Source of the DNA: an uncultured Candidatus Saccharibacteria bacterium
Lineage (GTDB): Bacteria; Patescibacteriota; Minisyncoccia; Phycocordibacterales; Zambryskibacteraceae
NCBI GenBank assembly: GCA_964582295.1
Contig: CAZOQP010000001.1
Location: 148,754-212,753 of the forward strand
Direction of reading: 5' to 3'
DNA length: 64,000 bases
The notes below the pieces were generated by a model that worked only from the letters and a program-made list of their open reading frames with translations, was not told where the DNA came from and ran no database searches. Shown here one piece after another: positions 35,507 through 45,445 of this stretch; the first letter of the stretch is position 1, and every line of letters begins with the position of its first letter. The position numbers were made by a program, and so were the translations under genes.

Positions 35507-38500
35507 ATGAGCGAAAAGGCGGGAGAAGATAAATCTCTCCTTTCGAAGCCGCTTCCGAGCGGACTCCTGAAGGAAAGCTTGCCCACCGCCGAAGAGGCGG
35601 TTCTTTCATTTTGGAAAGAAAATGGGATTTTTGAGAAGTCTCTTGCGAAAAATGCCGGTAAACGTCGCGGCCTCTTCGGCGGTAAAAAAGAATTCGTATT
35701 TTACGAAGGTCCGCCTACAGCGAACGCCCGCCCTGGCATTCACCACCTCATATCTCGGGCTTTCAAGGATGTGATCCTGCGCTACAAAACCATGCAGGGT
35801 TTTCATGTTCCTCGCCGGGGCGGCTGGGATACGCACGGCTTGCCGGTAGAGCTTGAAGTGGAAAAAAAGCTTGGTTTTTCATCCAAAAAAGATATAGAAA
35901 ATTACGGCATCGCACGTTTCAATGAAGAATGCAGAAAAAATGTCGGCACCTATATAGATGAGTGGCGGAAATTCACGGACAGGATCGGATATTGGCTTGA
36001 TCAGGATAATGCTTACTTCACTTACACTCCTCAATACATTGAGTCTGTCTGGAACATAATTTCGCAAGCCCATAAAAAAGATCTTTTGTATAAAGACTAT
36101 AAGGTGGTGCCGTGGTGCCCTCGCTGTGGCACCGGTCTTTCTTCGCACGAATTGGCACAGGGTTATAAAGATGTAAAAGACTTGTCTGTATACGTTAAGT
36201 TTCCGGTTGTCGGGGAACCGAATACTTTTTTCCTGGCGTGGACGACGACACCCTGGACTCTTGTCGGTCACTTGGCTCTTGCGGTGGGAGAAAATATTGA
36301 TTATGTGAAAGTAAAGTCGGGAGAAGATTTTTTCATCCTGGCCGAAGCGCGTCTTTCAGTTCTCGGGGACGGTTATGAAATTATTAAAAAAAGTATAAAA
36401 GGAAAAGAACTTATAGGCACTAAATATCTGCCACCGTATACATATTTGGAAACAGAGATTCCGAGAGCAGAAAGTGGGAAATTAGAAAAAGCTTTCAAAG
36501 TTTATTCTGCCGATTTCGTGAATACGGAAGACGGTACGGGAATTGTTCACACAGCCGTTATGTATGGCCAGGATGATTTTGAGCTAGGCACAAAAATAGG
36601 CCTGCCAAAACATCATATGGTGGATGAAACGGGCCACTTCGTGAAAGGCACCGGGTTTTTGGAGGGAAGGTTCGTAAAAGATGAAGAAACTGATGTGGAG
36701 ATAATAAAAGATCTTGCCCACAGAAATCTCCTTTTCAAAAAAGAGAAGTACGAACATTCATATCCTCACTGCTGGCGCTGTGGCACACCTCTCATTTATT
36801 ACGCGCGTGATTCATGGTATGTCAGGATGAGCAAGCTTCGCGACGCACTCGTTTCTGAAAATAAAAAAATACACTGGGAGCCGGAACATATCCGCGACGG
36901 CCGCTTCGGAGAATGGCTGGCAGATGTAAAAGACTGGGCTATTTCCCGTGAGCGCTACTGGGGTACACCTCTTCCTGTGTGGGAATCAGCAGATGGCGAC
37001 AGAATAGTGGTGGATTCAATAGAAACTCTTAAAAAATATTCAAAAAAATCCGGCAATCGCTACATGGTGATGCGTCATGGTGGAACGGAAGGCAATGCTC
37101 ATGAAAAAGTTAGTTTTGCGGGGCAGGAGAAAGACCATCTGACGGACGTTGGCCAGAAGCAGGCAGAAAAAGCCGCTCGCGACCTTAAAGGAAAAAACGT
37201 GGAACTCATTTTCGTATCACCTTTCGCCCGCACCAAGGAGACAGCGGAGATAGTGAGGAAAGGGCTCGGCCTTGCGGAGGAGAACGTTATTGAGGATGCG
37301 CGGCTTATTGAAATAAATCCCGGTATTTTTGACGGAAAGAATTGGAACGAATATCACAATTTCGTGTACAGGCAGGGCGATGGCTGGTTCACCGAGCCCA
37401 TCCCGCAAGGTGAATCTTTTGTGGAAGTGCGAAAGCGTGTAGGCGAATTTCTTTACGAGCTTGAAAGGAAATACAAAGATAAGAACATACTCATAGTTAC
37501 TCACGGTGCGCCCGCATGGCTTTGCTTTGTGAACGCAGGGCTTTTTACTCCGACAGGCAAGGAATATCAGCCGGCTGATACCCGGGCGTTCATTAAAGAA
37601 TTCAAACGTTTTGATAATGCAGAGGTGAGGGAATTGCCTTTCGTACCTCTTCCGCATGACGAAAATTTTTCCTTAGATCTTCATAAGCCGTATATAGATG
37701 AAATAGTTTTGGAAAAAGACAATAAAGAATACAGGAGAGTGAAGGAGGTGATGGATGTGTGGTTGGACGCCGGTTCCATGCCTTTTGCACAAGTGCATTT
37801 TCCATTTGATACAAAAAATATCGCATACCCGGCGGATTATATATGCGAAGGTGTGGATCAAACACGAGGATGGTTTTATACATTGCATGCGGTGGGAATG
37901 CTTATGGACCGGGGCCGTGCCTACAAAAATGTAATATGCCTCGGGCACATTCTGGATAAGGAAGGAAAAAAGATGTCCAAATCCATCGGTAACACCATTG
38001 ATCCATGGGAAGCTGCCAAAGATTTCGGGGTGGACGCCTTGCGCTTCTGGATGTTCGCGGTAAAAGAACCGGGAGAACCCAAGAATTTTGATCCTGAATC
38101 CGTGCGTGATATGTCGCGTAAAGTTTTTGGCTTGGCGACCAACGTACTCTCTTTTTATGAGATGTACAAAGTGAATGATGAAGCCGAGTGTGATTCAGAG
38201 AATGTTTTGGACAGGTGGATAATGGTGCGCCTTGCTGAATTAAGCGAAACAGCTCAAAAAAATATGGATGAGTACCGCATTTTGGAGGCGGCGCGCGCGG
38301 TGAGGGATTTCATAGGGGATCTCTCCCAGTGGTATGTCCGTCGTTCAAGGGAGCGTTTCAAAGGAGAAGGAGATGACGCGCGCGCCGCCTCCCGAACTAC
38401 CCGCTACGTGCTCCACGCACTTGCCCGCATTATGGCTCCCATGACACCTTTCTATGCCGAGGCACTTTGGGCGAGTGTGAAGGGTGCCGCAGATCCTGAA

Positions 38501-39016
38501 AGCGTCCATCTGGCGGACTGGCCGGCGGTTCCTAAAGCAGATATGCGCCTTATCCAGCAAATGAGAGAATTGCGGGAGATAGTTTCCCACGCACTTCTAC
38601 TCCGTTCGCGTGCAGGCATAAAGATACGCCAGCCGCTAAAAGAACTTCGTATAAAAGATAAAACTATCGGCTCAAACAAAGAACTCGTCCTGCTTATAAA
38701 AGATGAACTGAACGTAAAAAATATTGCCGTTGATGAAACACTTACGGAAAAAACTTTTCTGGTACTGGAAATAACCCCGGAGCTTAAAGCTGAAGGGGAA
38801 ATGAGGGAACTTTTGAGAAATATTCAGGAAAAAAGAAAAGAGGCGGGGTTTTCTCCGAAAGATGAAGCGAAAGTGGTCGTATCCGCATCTTCATCCGCAA
38901 AAAATATTCTCATGCCATTTGAGGAGCTGATAAAAAAACAGGGGAATATAAAAGAACTTGTGTGGGAAGATTCGCAAAATGATGAAGCGCAGGTGGTGAG
39001 CGTAGAAAAATCATAA
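35507..39016 (+). CDS. ileS: Isoleucine--tRNA ligase (type 2) with inserted histidine-phosphatase domain
   Basis: GPPTAN..PGIHH, GWDTHGLP, WTTTPWT, ISRERYWG, DQTRGWF, KMSKS; insert with RHG...THG. Confidence 0.95.
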   Translation: MSEKAGEDKSLLSKPLPSGLLKESLPTAEEAVLSFWKENGIFEKSLAKNAGKRRGLFGGKKEFVFYEGPPTANARPGIHHLISRAFKDVILRYKTMQGFHVPRRGGWDTHGLPVELEVEKKLGFSSKKDIENYGIARFNEECRKNVGTYIDEWRKFTDRIGYWLDQDNAYFTYTPQYIESVWNIISQAHKKDLLYKDYKVVPWCPRCGTGLSSHELAQGYKDVKDLSVYVKFPVVGEPNTFFLAWTTTPWTLVGHLALAVGENIDYVKVKSGEDFFILAEARLSVLGDGYEIIKKSIKGKELIGTKYLPPYTYLETEIPRAESGKLEKAFKVYSADFVNTEDGTGIVHTAVMYGQDDFELGTKIGLPKHHMVDETGHFVKGTGFLEGRFVKDEETDVEIIKDLAHRNLLFKKEKYEHSYPHCWRCGTPLIYYARDSWYVRMSKLRDALVSENKKIHWEPEHIRDGRFGEWLADVKDWAISRERYWGTPLPVWESADGDRIVVDSIETLKKYSKKSGNRYMVMRHGGTEGNAHEKVSFAGQEKDHLTDVGQKQAEKAARDLKGKNVELIFVSPFARTKETAEIVRKGLGLAEENVIEDARLIEINPGIFDGKNWNEYHNFVYRQGDGWFTEPIPQGESFVEVRKRVGEFLYELERKYKDKNILIVTHGAPAWLCFVNAGLFTPTGKEYQPADTRAFIKEFKRFDNAEVRELPFVPLPHDENFSLDLHKPYIDEIVLEKDNKEYRRVKEVMDVWLDAGSMPFAQVHFPFDTKNIAYPADYICEGVDQTRGWFYTLHAVGMLMDRGRAYKNVICLGHILDKEGKKMSKSIGNTIDPWEAAKDFGVDALRFWMFAVKEPGEPKNFDPESVRDMSRKVFGLATNVLSFYEMYKVNDEAECDSENVLDRWIMVRLAELSETAQKNMDEYRILEAARAVRDFIGDLSQWYVRRSRERFKGEGDDARAASRTTRYVLHALARIMAPMTPFYAEALWASVKGAADPESVHLADWPAVPKADMRLIQQMRELREIVSHALLLRSRAGIKIRQPLKELRIKDKTIGSNKELVLLIKDELNVKNIAVDETLTEKTFLVLEITPELKAEGEMRELLRNIQEKRKEAGFSPKDEAKVVVSASSSAKNILMPFEELIKKQGNIKELVWEDSQNDEAQVVSVEKS

Positions 39017-39020
39017 GAAT

Positions 39021-39611
39021 ATGCATAGAATCTACTCATCGCCTGCTGTAGTACTTTCCTGCCGAGGAGCGGGGGAGGGAAACATGCTTGTTACTTTTCT
39101 TTCTCGAGATTTGGGCCTTATACGTGCCAAAGCTATTTCATCTCGTAAAGCGGAGGCCAAACTCAAGGGCCACATCGTCCCTTACACCCTTGGAACTTAC
39201 GGCTTCGTGCGTGGCAAGAACGGCTGGCGGCTGGTGCACGCGGATGCCTCGGAGAACATCTTCTTTTCTTTGGGCGAAATTCCATTGTCTCTAGCACGTC
39301 GCACTCTTATGGGCCGTGTACTTTCACTTGTGGGAAGGGTTTCAGAAGAACAGAAGAACCATGAACTTTTTGAATGTATCACTTCAGGGCTTAAATTTTT
39401 GAAAGTTGCGGACGAGGAGAATCTCAAGGCCTATGAAATAATTTTTGTAGGTAGGGTGATGGCTCTTTTGGGATACGTTTCCTTTGATGACATGCCGGAG
39501 CCGTTCAAAGAATGGAAAACTTTCAGTCGCGGTCTCATAGAAAGCTCTCTTCCTCACACTAAAATGATACTTTCGCGCATAAATGAGGGGCTCAAGGAAA
39601 GTCATCTTTAA
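39021..39611 (+). CDS. recO: DNA repair protein RecO
   Basis: N-terminal OB fold: AVVL....GE.N......RDLGLIRA.A...RK..AKL. Confidence 0.75.
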   Translation: MHRIYSSPAVVLSCRGAGEGNMLVTFLSRDLGLIRAKAISSRKAEAKLKGHIVPYTLGTYGFVRGKNGWRLVHADASENIFFSLGEIPLSLARRTLMGRVLSLVGRVSEEQKNHELFECITSGLKFLKVADEENLKAYEIIFVGRVMALLGYVSFDDMPEPFKEWKTFSRGLIESSLPHTKMILSRINEGLKESHL

Positions 39612-39618
39612 CATCATA

Positions 39619-39700
39619 CGCTCCGCAACCTGGCTAAAAAGAGACCACTCCGGGGCGTTTGCCCAAGTCTTAGTCTCTTTTTAGCCAGGTTGCTTCCGCT
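39619..39700 (+). repeat. REP/MITE-like nested hairpin, copy B
   Basis: Same core as copies A and C with a different outer stem. Confidence 0.8.
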
Positions 39701-39729
39701 ATAATTTTTTACTACAGGGTATAATAATA

Positions 39730-41637
39730 ATGAATATGGATCAGAAAAAAGACGGCCGCCTGGATAGATTGGAGGAAGCTCTGTATTCCCGTGATGAGAA
39801 CCGTTTACCAAAGACAGAACGTTCCCAAATCCCGCTTTCAGAGGCGGTGGACGTGCCGGAGGAGAATGCTTTTTCTGACACCCCTCTTTCCGAGCTTGTT
39901 TCAGCTGACAAGGAGCATCCTCACAGAAAAATTTTTGAGAAAATTTTTCTGGTTTCTCTCGGATTTGCAGCGATTGCCCTGCTCTTTGCCGGCTATCGCT
40001 TTTTCCTTGGCGGTCCTTCTGTCTCGGAAAAAAATATAGATATCATCATCGCCGGGCCATCCATTGTTCCTGCTGCAACGCCGCTTTCGCTTGATGTGCG
40101 GGTGGAGAACAGAAATGCCCGTGCCATAGAAGATGCGGTCCTGAAAATAACATATCCGCGGGATGCGCGGGCGGTAGAAAGCCGTGAGCGGGTTCTTGAA
40201 TCTGAAGAATTGGAAATCGGCTCTCTTGGCTCTGGAAAATCGGCAGGCAAGCAGGTTTCAATGGTGCTTTACGGGGAAAAGGATGACGTTGCTGTTTTTT
40301 CTACACGTCTTGAATATCACATTCCCGGCTCGCAGGCCACTTTTGTGAAAGAATCGTCTTTTTCTCTTGCCATCGGCTCTGCCCCGGTCATTCTCCATGT
40401 TTCTATGCCAACGAGGGTTGTTGCCAAGCAGCCGTTTGATATGAGCATCTCTGTTGAATCAAATTCTGCGGATACTATCGGCAATGTAACACTCACCGCA
40501 GAATATCCTTTCGGATTTATCCTAGATTCATCAACACCAAAACCTTTCACAGATGACAATGTGTGGCGTCTGGGTGATATGCCGACCGGAAACAAGAAAA
40601 CTATACGTATGCGCGGAACACTTGAAGCGGAAAACGATGAAGAGAGGACTTTCAGATTTTCTGTAGCTGTAGCGGGGGCGGACAGAAGCGCAACAACCCA
40701 AAGCGAGATCGCCTCGGCCCTTTCCACTGTTTCCGTATCACGGCCATTCCTTTCTTTGAGCGTGGGAGTGCCCGGAGGAAGCACTAGTGCGGCACCTGGC
40801 GATCGTATTCCCGTTGAAATAAACTGGACCAACAATCTTTCCGTTCCTGTTACAAACGCGGTCGTGGAGGCATCACTTTCGGGCGTTTATGACGAGACCA
40901 GTCTCGCCCCCCAGCAAGGAGGATTTTATAATTCACAGAACAGAACCATTTCCTGGAGCCAGTCCGGAAATGGAGATCTCGCCTCCATTTCGCCAGGTGA
41001 GAGGGGGCGTGTGCGATTTACTCTTGCGATCCCTAGAACTTTGCCTGCGGGTGTACAAAATCAAGGAGCTTCCGTTCACGTGATAATGAGAGGTGTTACT
41101 GTTGACCAAAATGTGGCGGGGAATGTTTCAAGTAGTGCAGATCTTTCTTTCAAATTCAGAGCAAGCCCGACAGGAGGCGGCTTTGCTACACGTTCATCAG
41201 CAGTATTTTCACAGAAAGGCCCTATTCCTCCGCAAGCAAATGTTGAAACCACTTACTCTGTGGTGCTTTCCGCGGCCAGTTCTTTTGCGGATGTCAGAGA
41301 CGCTTCAATGACCGCTACTCTTCCCCAGAATGTTTCCTGGAATAACCTGATCTCGCCCGGAAGCGAAAGAATGACATTTGATGATAGAACGCGAGTGCTC
41401 ACATGGAATATCGGCAATCTCGCGGCTGGCGCAGGGCAGCGCAATGCGACCATTGGAGTATTCATAATCCCAAGTGTTTCGCAAATAGGAGCCGCTCCAG
41501 CCCTTCTTTCAAACCTGACGCTTCAGGGAACAGATAGTATTACGGGGGAAAATATTTCAGCCAATCTTTCAGATGTTACGACCGACATACCAAATGATGC
41601 GGGGGCAGTGCAGAATGCGGGAGTGGTAGGAGAGTAA
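39730..41637 (+). CDS. Membrane-anchored multi-Ig-like beta-sandwich protein
   Basis: One TM near residue 75; repeated beta-rich DUF11-like modules (W.LG.L). Confidence 0.75.
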   Translation: MNMDQKKDGRLDRLEEALYSRDENRLPKTERSQIPLSEAVDVPEENAFSDTPLSELVSADKEHPHRKIFEKIFLVSLGFAAIALLFAGYRFFLGGPSVSEKNIDIIIAGPSIVPAATPLSLDVRVENRNARAIEDAVLKITYPRDARAVESRERVLESEELEIGSLGSGKSAGKQVSMVLYGEKDDVAVFSTRLEYHIPGSQATFVKESSFSLAIGSAPVILHVSMPTRVVAKQPFDMSISVESNSADTIGNVTLTAEYPFGFILDSSTPKPFTDDNVWRLGDMPTGNKKTIRMRGTLEAENDEERTFRFSVAVAGADRSATTQSEIASALSTVSVSRPFLSLSVGVPGGSTSAAPGDRIPVEINWTNNLSVPVTNAVVEASLSGVYDETSLAPQQGGFYNSQNRTISWSQSGNGDLASISPGERGRVRFTLAIPRTLPAGVQNQGASVHVIMRGVTVDQNVAGNVSSSADLSFKFRASPTGGGFATRSSAVFSQKGPIPPQANVETTYSVVLSAASSFADVRDASMTATLPQNVSWNNLISPGSERMTFDDRTRVLTWNIGNLAAGAGQRNATIGVFIIPSVSQIGAAPALLSNLTLQGTDSITGENISANLSDVTTDIPNDAGAVQNAGVVGE

Positions 41638-41640
41638 ACT

Positions 41641-41750
41641 TCGCTCGGGGTATTCCCTGAAAATGCACGAAAATTTTCTGCTGAAAATTTTCTCCGTCCG
41701 TCGCCGACCGCTCCTCCCAAGGCATTTTCAGGAAACACCCCGAGCTTCGC
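41641..41750 (+). repeat. REP/MITE-like hairpin, copy D (outer stem of copy A, different core)
   Basis: tcgctcggggtattc.ctgaaaat ... cattttcag..aa.acccc. Confidence 0.7.
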
Positions 41751-41789
41751 AGGGAAAATAGGAATAAACAGTATGCTAGGATTACTTTT

Positions 41790-43001
41790 ATGAAAGAGGA
41801 GGGGAAGATGGAAAAACTGGTCTCTTTGGCGAAGCGTCGCGGTTTTATATATCCGGGTTCTGAGATCTATGGCGGCCTTGCCGGCTCATGGGATTACGGT
41901 CCTTTGGGCGCTATTTTGAAAGAGAAAATCGCCTGCTTGTGGAAGCAGATGTTCATTTTTGATAGGGAGGATATGTATCCTTTAGACAGTTCCATCATCA
42001 TGAATCCGAAGGTCTGGGAGGCGAGTGGCCATGTGGCTGGGTTTGCGGATCCTCTTGAGAACGGAGGAATGTTCAACACCATGTTCAAGACACAGGTGGG
42101 GGCGGGCGAGGAAGCTGTCACTAGTTATTTGCGCCCCGAAACTGCTCAGGGAATTTTTGCTAATTTCAAGAATGTTATTGATTCATTCCATCCGAAACTT
42201 CCTTTCGGCATCGCCCAAATAGGTAAGGCATTCAGGAATGAGATAGCGCCGCGGGATTTTCTTTTCCGCAAGCGCGAATTTGAGCAGATGGAAGTGGAAT
42301 ATTTCGTGAATGAAAAAGATTGGGAGAAATATTTTGAGGAGTGGAGAAAAATAATGCATTCTTTCGCCGGAGCAGTGGGTATAAAAGAGGTACACGAGCT
42401 TGAAGTGCCGGATAAAGATCGTGCGCACTATTCAAAACGCACTATTGATTTTGAATTTGAATATCCTTTCGGCCGAAAAGAATTATGGGGCCTTGCTTAT
42501 CGCACAGATTTTGACCTTAAGAGCCACCAGGTATCTTCCGGCGCGAAGCTTGAATATTTTGATGAGGATACAAAAAATTCCTTTACTCCGCATGTAATAG
42601 AGCCGTCTCTTGGTTTAGACAGAACAGTCCTCGCAGTGCTCCTTTCTGCATACGCAGAAGATGCACTCGGAGAAGAGAAGCGTATATATCTGAAACTTCC
42701 AAAAAATATTGCACCTGTGCCACTTGCAGTTTTTCCTCTTCTTAAAAATAAGCCGGAACTTGTTTCAAAAGCCCGCGAAGTTTATATGATGCTTCGTAAA
42801 ATTTTCCCCGGAGCTCTATTTGATGACAACGGAAACATAGGCAAGCGCTATCGTAGACAAGATGAAATAGGGACACCATTCTGTATCACTGTTGATTTTG
42901 ACACTCTTGAAGACAGCACAGTGACAGTACGCGACCGCGACACGGGGGAGCAGAAAAGAGTGAAAATAGAAGAACTACAGGAGTCCCTAATGGCGGCTTA
43001 A
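41790..43001 (+). CDS. glyQS: Glycine--tRNA ligase (alpha2 type, short)
   Basis: RRGF..SEIYGG, LRPETAQG, FRNEIAPR, IEPSLG, IGKRYRRQDEIGTP. Confidence 0.95.
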   Translation: MKEEGKMEKLVSLAKRRGFIYPGSEIYGGLAGSWDYGPLGAILKEKIACLWKQMFIFDREDMYPLDSSIIMNPKVWEASGHVAGFADPLENGGMFNTMFKTQVGAGEEAVTSYLRPETAQGIFANFKNVIDSFHPKLPFGIAQIGKAFRNEIAPRDFLFRKREFEQMEVEYFVNEKDWEKYFEEWRKIMHSFAGAVGIKEVHELEVPDKDRAHYSKRTIDFEFEYPFGRKELWGLAYRTDFDLKSHQVSSGAKLEYFDEDTKNSFTPHVIEPSLGLDRTVLAVLLSAYAEDALGEEKRIYLKLPKNIAPVPLAVFPLLKNKPELVSKAREVYMMLRKIFPGALFDDNGNIGKRYRRQDEIGTPFCITVDFDTLEDSTVTVRDRDTGEQKRVKIEELQESLMAA

Positions 43002-43068
43002 AGATACAGAGGGCTGCCTTATCCGTATCAATTTGCCCAGGATTGGGTGAAAGTGTAATATTCCTCAA

Positions 43069-44355
43069 ATGCTAAAACCTCAAAAACACGTTTTCCCGAG
43101 CGGCCTCACCCTTATTACCGTGCCTATGAAAAATTCTCCTACGGTTACGGCGGAGGTGATGGTTGAAACCGGTTCTAAATATGAGAAGAAAGAGCAGGGT
43201 GGCCTTTCCCATTTTTTGGAGCATATGTGCTTCAAGGGCACTCCTACACGCCCCACCTCAGAAATTCTTGCCAGGGAACTTGATGAACTTGGCGCGCAAT
43301 ACAACGCCTATACGTCAACGGAGATGACGGCCTACTTTGCCAAAGGCAGACCCGAGCATGTAAATAAACTTTTGGACGTTGTTTCGGATATGTATATCAA
43401 TTCTGTTTTTAATCCGATGGATCTCAAAAAAGAAAAGGGTGTGATACTCCAGGAAATAAATCTTTCTGAAGACAAGCCGGAACGGATAGCCAACCGACTT
43501 TTTGATAAAACTGCACATGGTGATCAGCCGGCCGGCCGTTCTGTTCTGGGTACAAAAAACACCACTCAATCTTTCACTTCGGAAGATTTCAGGAAGTACA
43601 GGGACTCTCATTACAAGACAAAAGCCACTACTGTCATCGTGGCGGGGGATGTGAACCCCAAAGACATACAAAAATCTGTGGCAAAATTTTTTGCTGCCAT
43701 GCCGCGCGGCTCTAAACCCGGAAAAGAAAAAGTCATGATAAAAAGGACCGGGCCGCGCATAGGCGTTCACCCGAAAGAAACAGATCAGGTGCATTTCCTT
43801 TTCGGCACCCGCACTTTCCCTTACGGAAACAAGAATAATGCCGCTCTCTCTGCCATGACCTCTGTATTATCTTCCGGCTTCAGCTCGCGTCTTCTTATAA
43901 AAATGCGCGAAGAGCTAGGCATCTGCTATTACGTAACAGCTCACAATGATCCCTCTACCGATCACGGCGAATTCGCTGTTTCTACAGGAGTAGACCCGAA
44001 GCGTTTGGACATTGCCATAGAAGCGGTGGCAGAAGAATTCAAAAGATTGGCCAATGAAAAGGTGCCTGTTAAAGAACTTTCAAAATCTATAGAGAAGCGT
44101 GTATCCAATATGTATATGAGTTTGGAATCTTCAGACGATGTGGCAGATTATTTCGGCCACCGATGGCTTTTCAACCGGGACATAAAAACCCCAAAAGAGG
44201 TAGAAAAAGAAATACGCTCCGTTACACCTGAAAGCATACAGCGGGTGGCACGGACAATTTTCACCCCGGAGAACGTCATCTTTTCCGTGGTCGGCAGGGG
44301 GCTTACCAAAGAAGGCATCTCTAAACTGGTGAACAAACACGTCAAGAATTGGTGA
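43069..44355 (+). CDS. M16 family zinc peptidase
   Basis: HFLEHMCFKGT, NAYTS.E.T.Y, REELG.CY. Confidence 0.93.
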   Translation: MLKPQKHVFPSGLTLITVPMKNSPTVTAEVMVETGSKYEKKEQGGLSHFLEHMCFKGTPTRPTSEILARELDELGAQYNAYTSTEMTAYFAKGRPEHVNKLLDVVSDMYINSVFNPMDLKKEKGVILQEINLSEDKPERIANRLFDKTAHGDQPAGRSVLGTKNTTQSFTSEDFRKYRDSHYKTKATTVIVAGDVNPKDIQKSVAKFFAAMPRGSKPGKEKVMIKRTGPRIGVHPKETDQVHFLFGTRTFPYGNKNNAALSAMTSVLSSGFSSRLLIKMREELGICYYVTAHNDPSTDHGEFAVSTGVDPKRLDIAIEAVAEEFKRLANEKVPVKELSKSIEKRVSNMYMSLESSDDVADYFGHRWLFNRDIKTPKEVEKEIRSVTPESIQRVARTIFTPENVIFSVVGRGLTKEGISKLVNKHVKNW

Positions 44356-44374
44356 TAGTATATATATCAATATC

Positions 44375-45430
44375 ATGAATAACGGCCATACGCGCCTATC
44401 CATAGACAGTCGCTCTGTCATAAAAGTGATAGCCATCCTCGCAGTAGCTTTCATGGTTTTCCTGGTGCGGGATATCCTGCTCGTCATTCTTACTGCCATC
44501 GTCATCGCATCTGCCATAGAGCCGGGTGCGCGTTTATCCAAGAAACTTCACCTGCCGCGCACCCTTGTGGTTCTGGGTATTTACGTTCTCACCGCCTTAC
44601 TTTTTCTTGGCACACTTTATTTCCTTCTGGTGCCGCTTCTTTCGGAATCAGCTTCTTTCCTTTCAAGTATTCCTGAATACACCGAATCCTTTGCTGCCGC
44701 GACCACCACCCCTGCCTTCTTCGGGTCGCAATTCATCCAAGGCATCACCTCTACTGTTTCTCTGCCAAACCTCATAGAACAGATAAACGGCGCCATCGTG
44801 CACATTTCAAGCGGTGTCTTTGGCACCATTGATGTCATCTTCGGTGGCGTCCTCTCCTTTGTTCTCATAATCGTACTTTCCTTTTATCTTGCGGTGCAGG
44901 AAGACGGTATCACCAAATTTTTGCGCATCATAACCCCGGCAAGTAAAGAGAAACACATTATTTCTATATGGCGCCGCTCTCAGGAAAAGATCGGCCTTTG
45001 GATGCAGGGTCAGCTCTTGCTTGCCGTTATCGTGGGTGTGCTTACATTCTTAGGCCTCACGCTTCTCGGTGTGCCAAATGCTCTCCTTCTGGCTTTCATT
45101 ACGGGAATGCTTGAGATCATCCCTCTTTTCGGTCCCATTCTTGCCGCCGTGCCGGCTGTCATCATTTCGTTTGCGTCCGGAGGATTCGGCCTTGCCGCAT
45201 TGGTAACAGCTCTCTTCGTTATCATTCAGCAATTTGAAAGCCATCTTATATATCCGCTGGTGGTGCGCAAAGTGGTTGGGGTGCCTCCTATCATTTCCAT
45301 CATCGCTCTCGTTATCGGCGCCAAACTCGCCGGCTTCTTAGGCATTCTCCTTGCTGTTCCCTTGGCGACTGTCATCATGGTCCTTCTTGAGGACATGGAA
45401 AAGGCCAAGCACGCTCCTGCTGTCGAATAA
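44375..45430 (+). CDS. AI-2E family transporter
   Basis: Multiple TM segments; EIIP.FGP, QQ.ES..I.P, GFLGILLAVP. Confidence 0.9.
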   Translation: MNNGHTRLSIDSRSVIKVIAILAVAFMVFLVRDILLVILTAIVIASAIEPGARLSKKLHLPRTLVVLGIYVLTALLFLGTLYFLLVPLLSESASFLSSIPEYTESFAAATTTPAFFGSQFIQGITSTVSLPNLIEQINGAIVHISSGVFGTIDVIFGGVLSFVLIIVLSFYLAVQEDGITKFLRIITPASKEKHIISIWRRSQEKIGLWMQGQLLLAVIVGVLTFLGLTLLGVPNALLLAFITGMLEIIPLFGPILAAVPAVIISFASGGFGLAALVTALFVIIQQFESHLIYPLVVRKVVGVPPIISIIALVIGAKLAGFLGILLAVPLATVIMVLLEDMEKAKHAPAVE

Positions 45431-45445
45431 TCTGCCGCCCGAATA

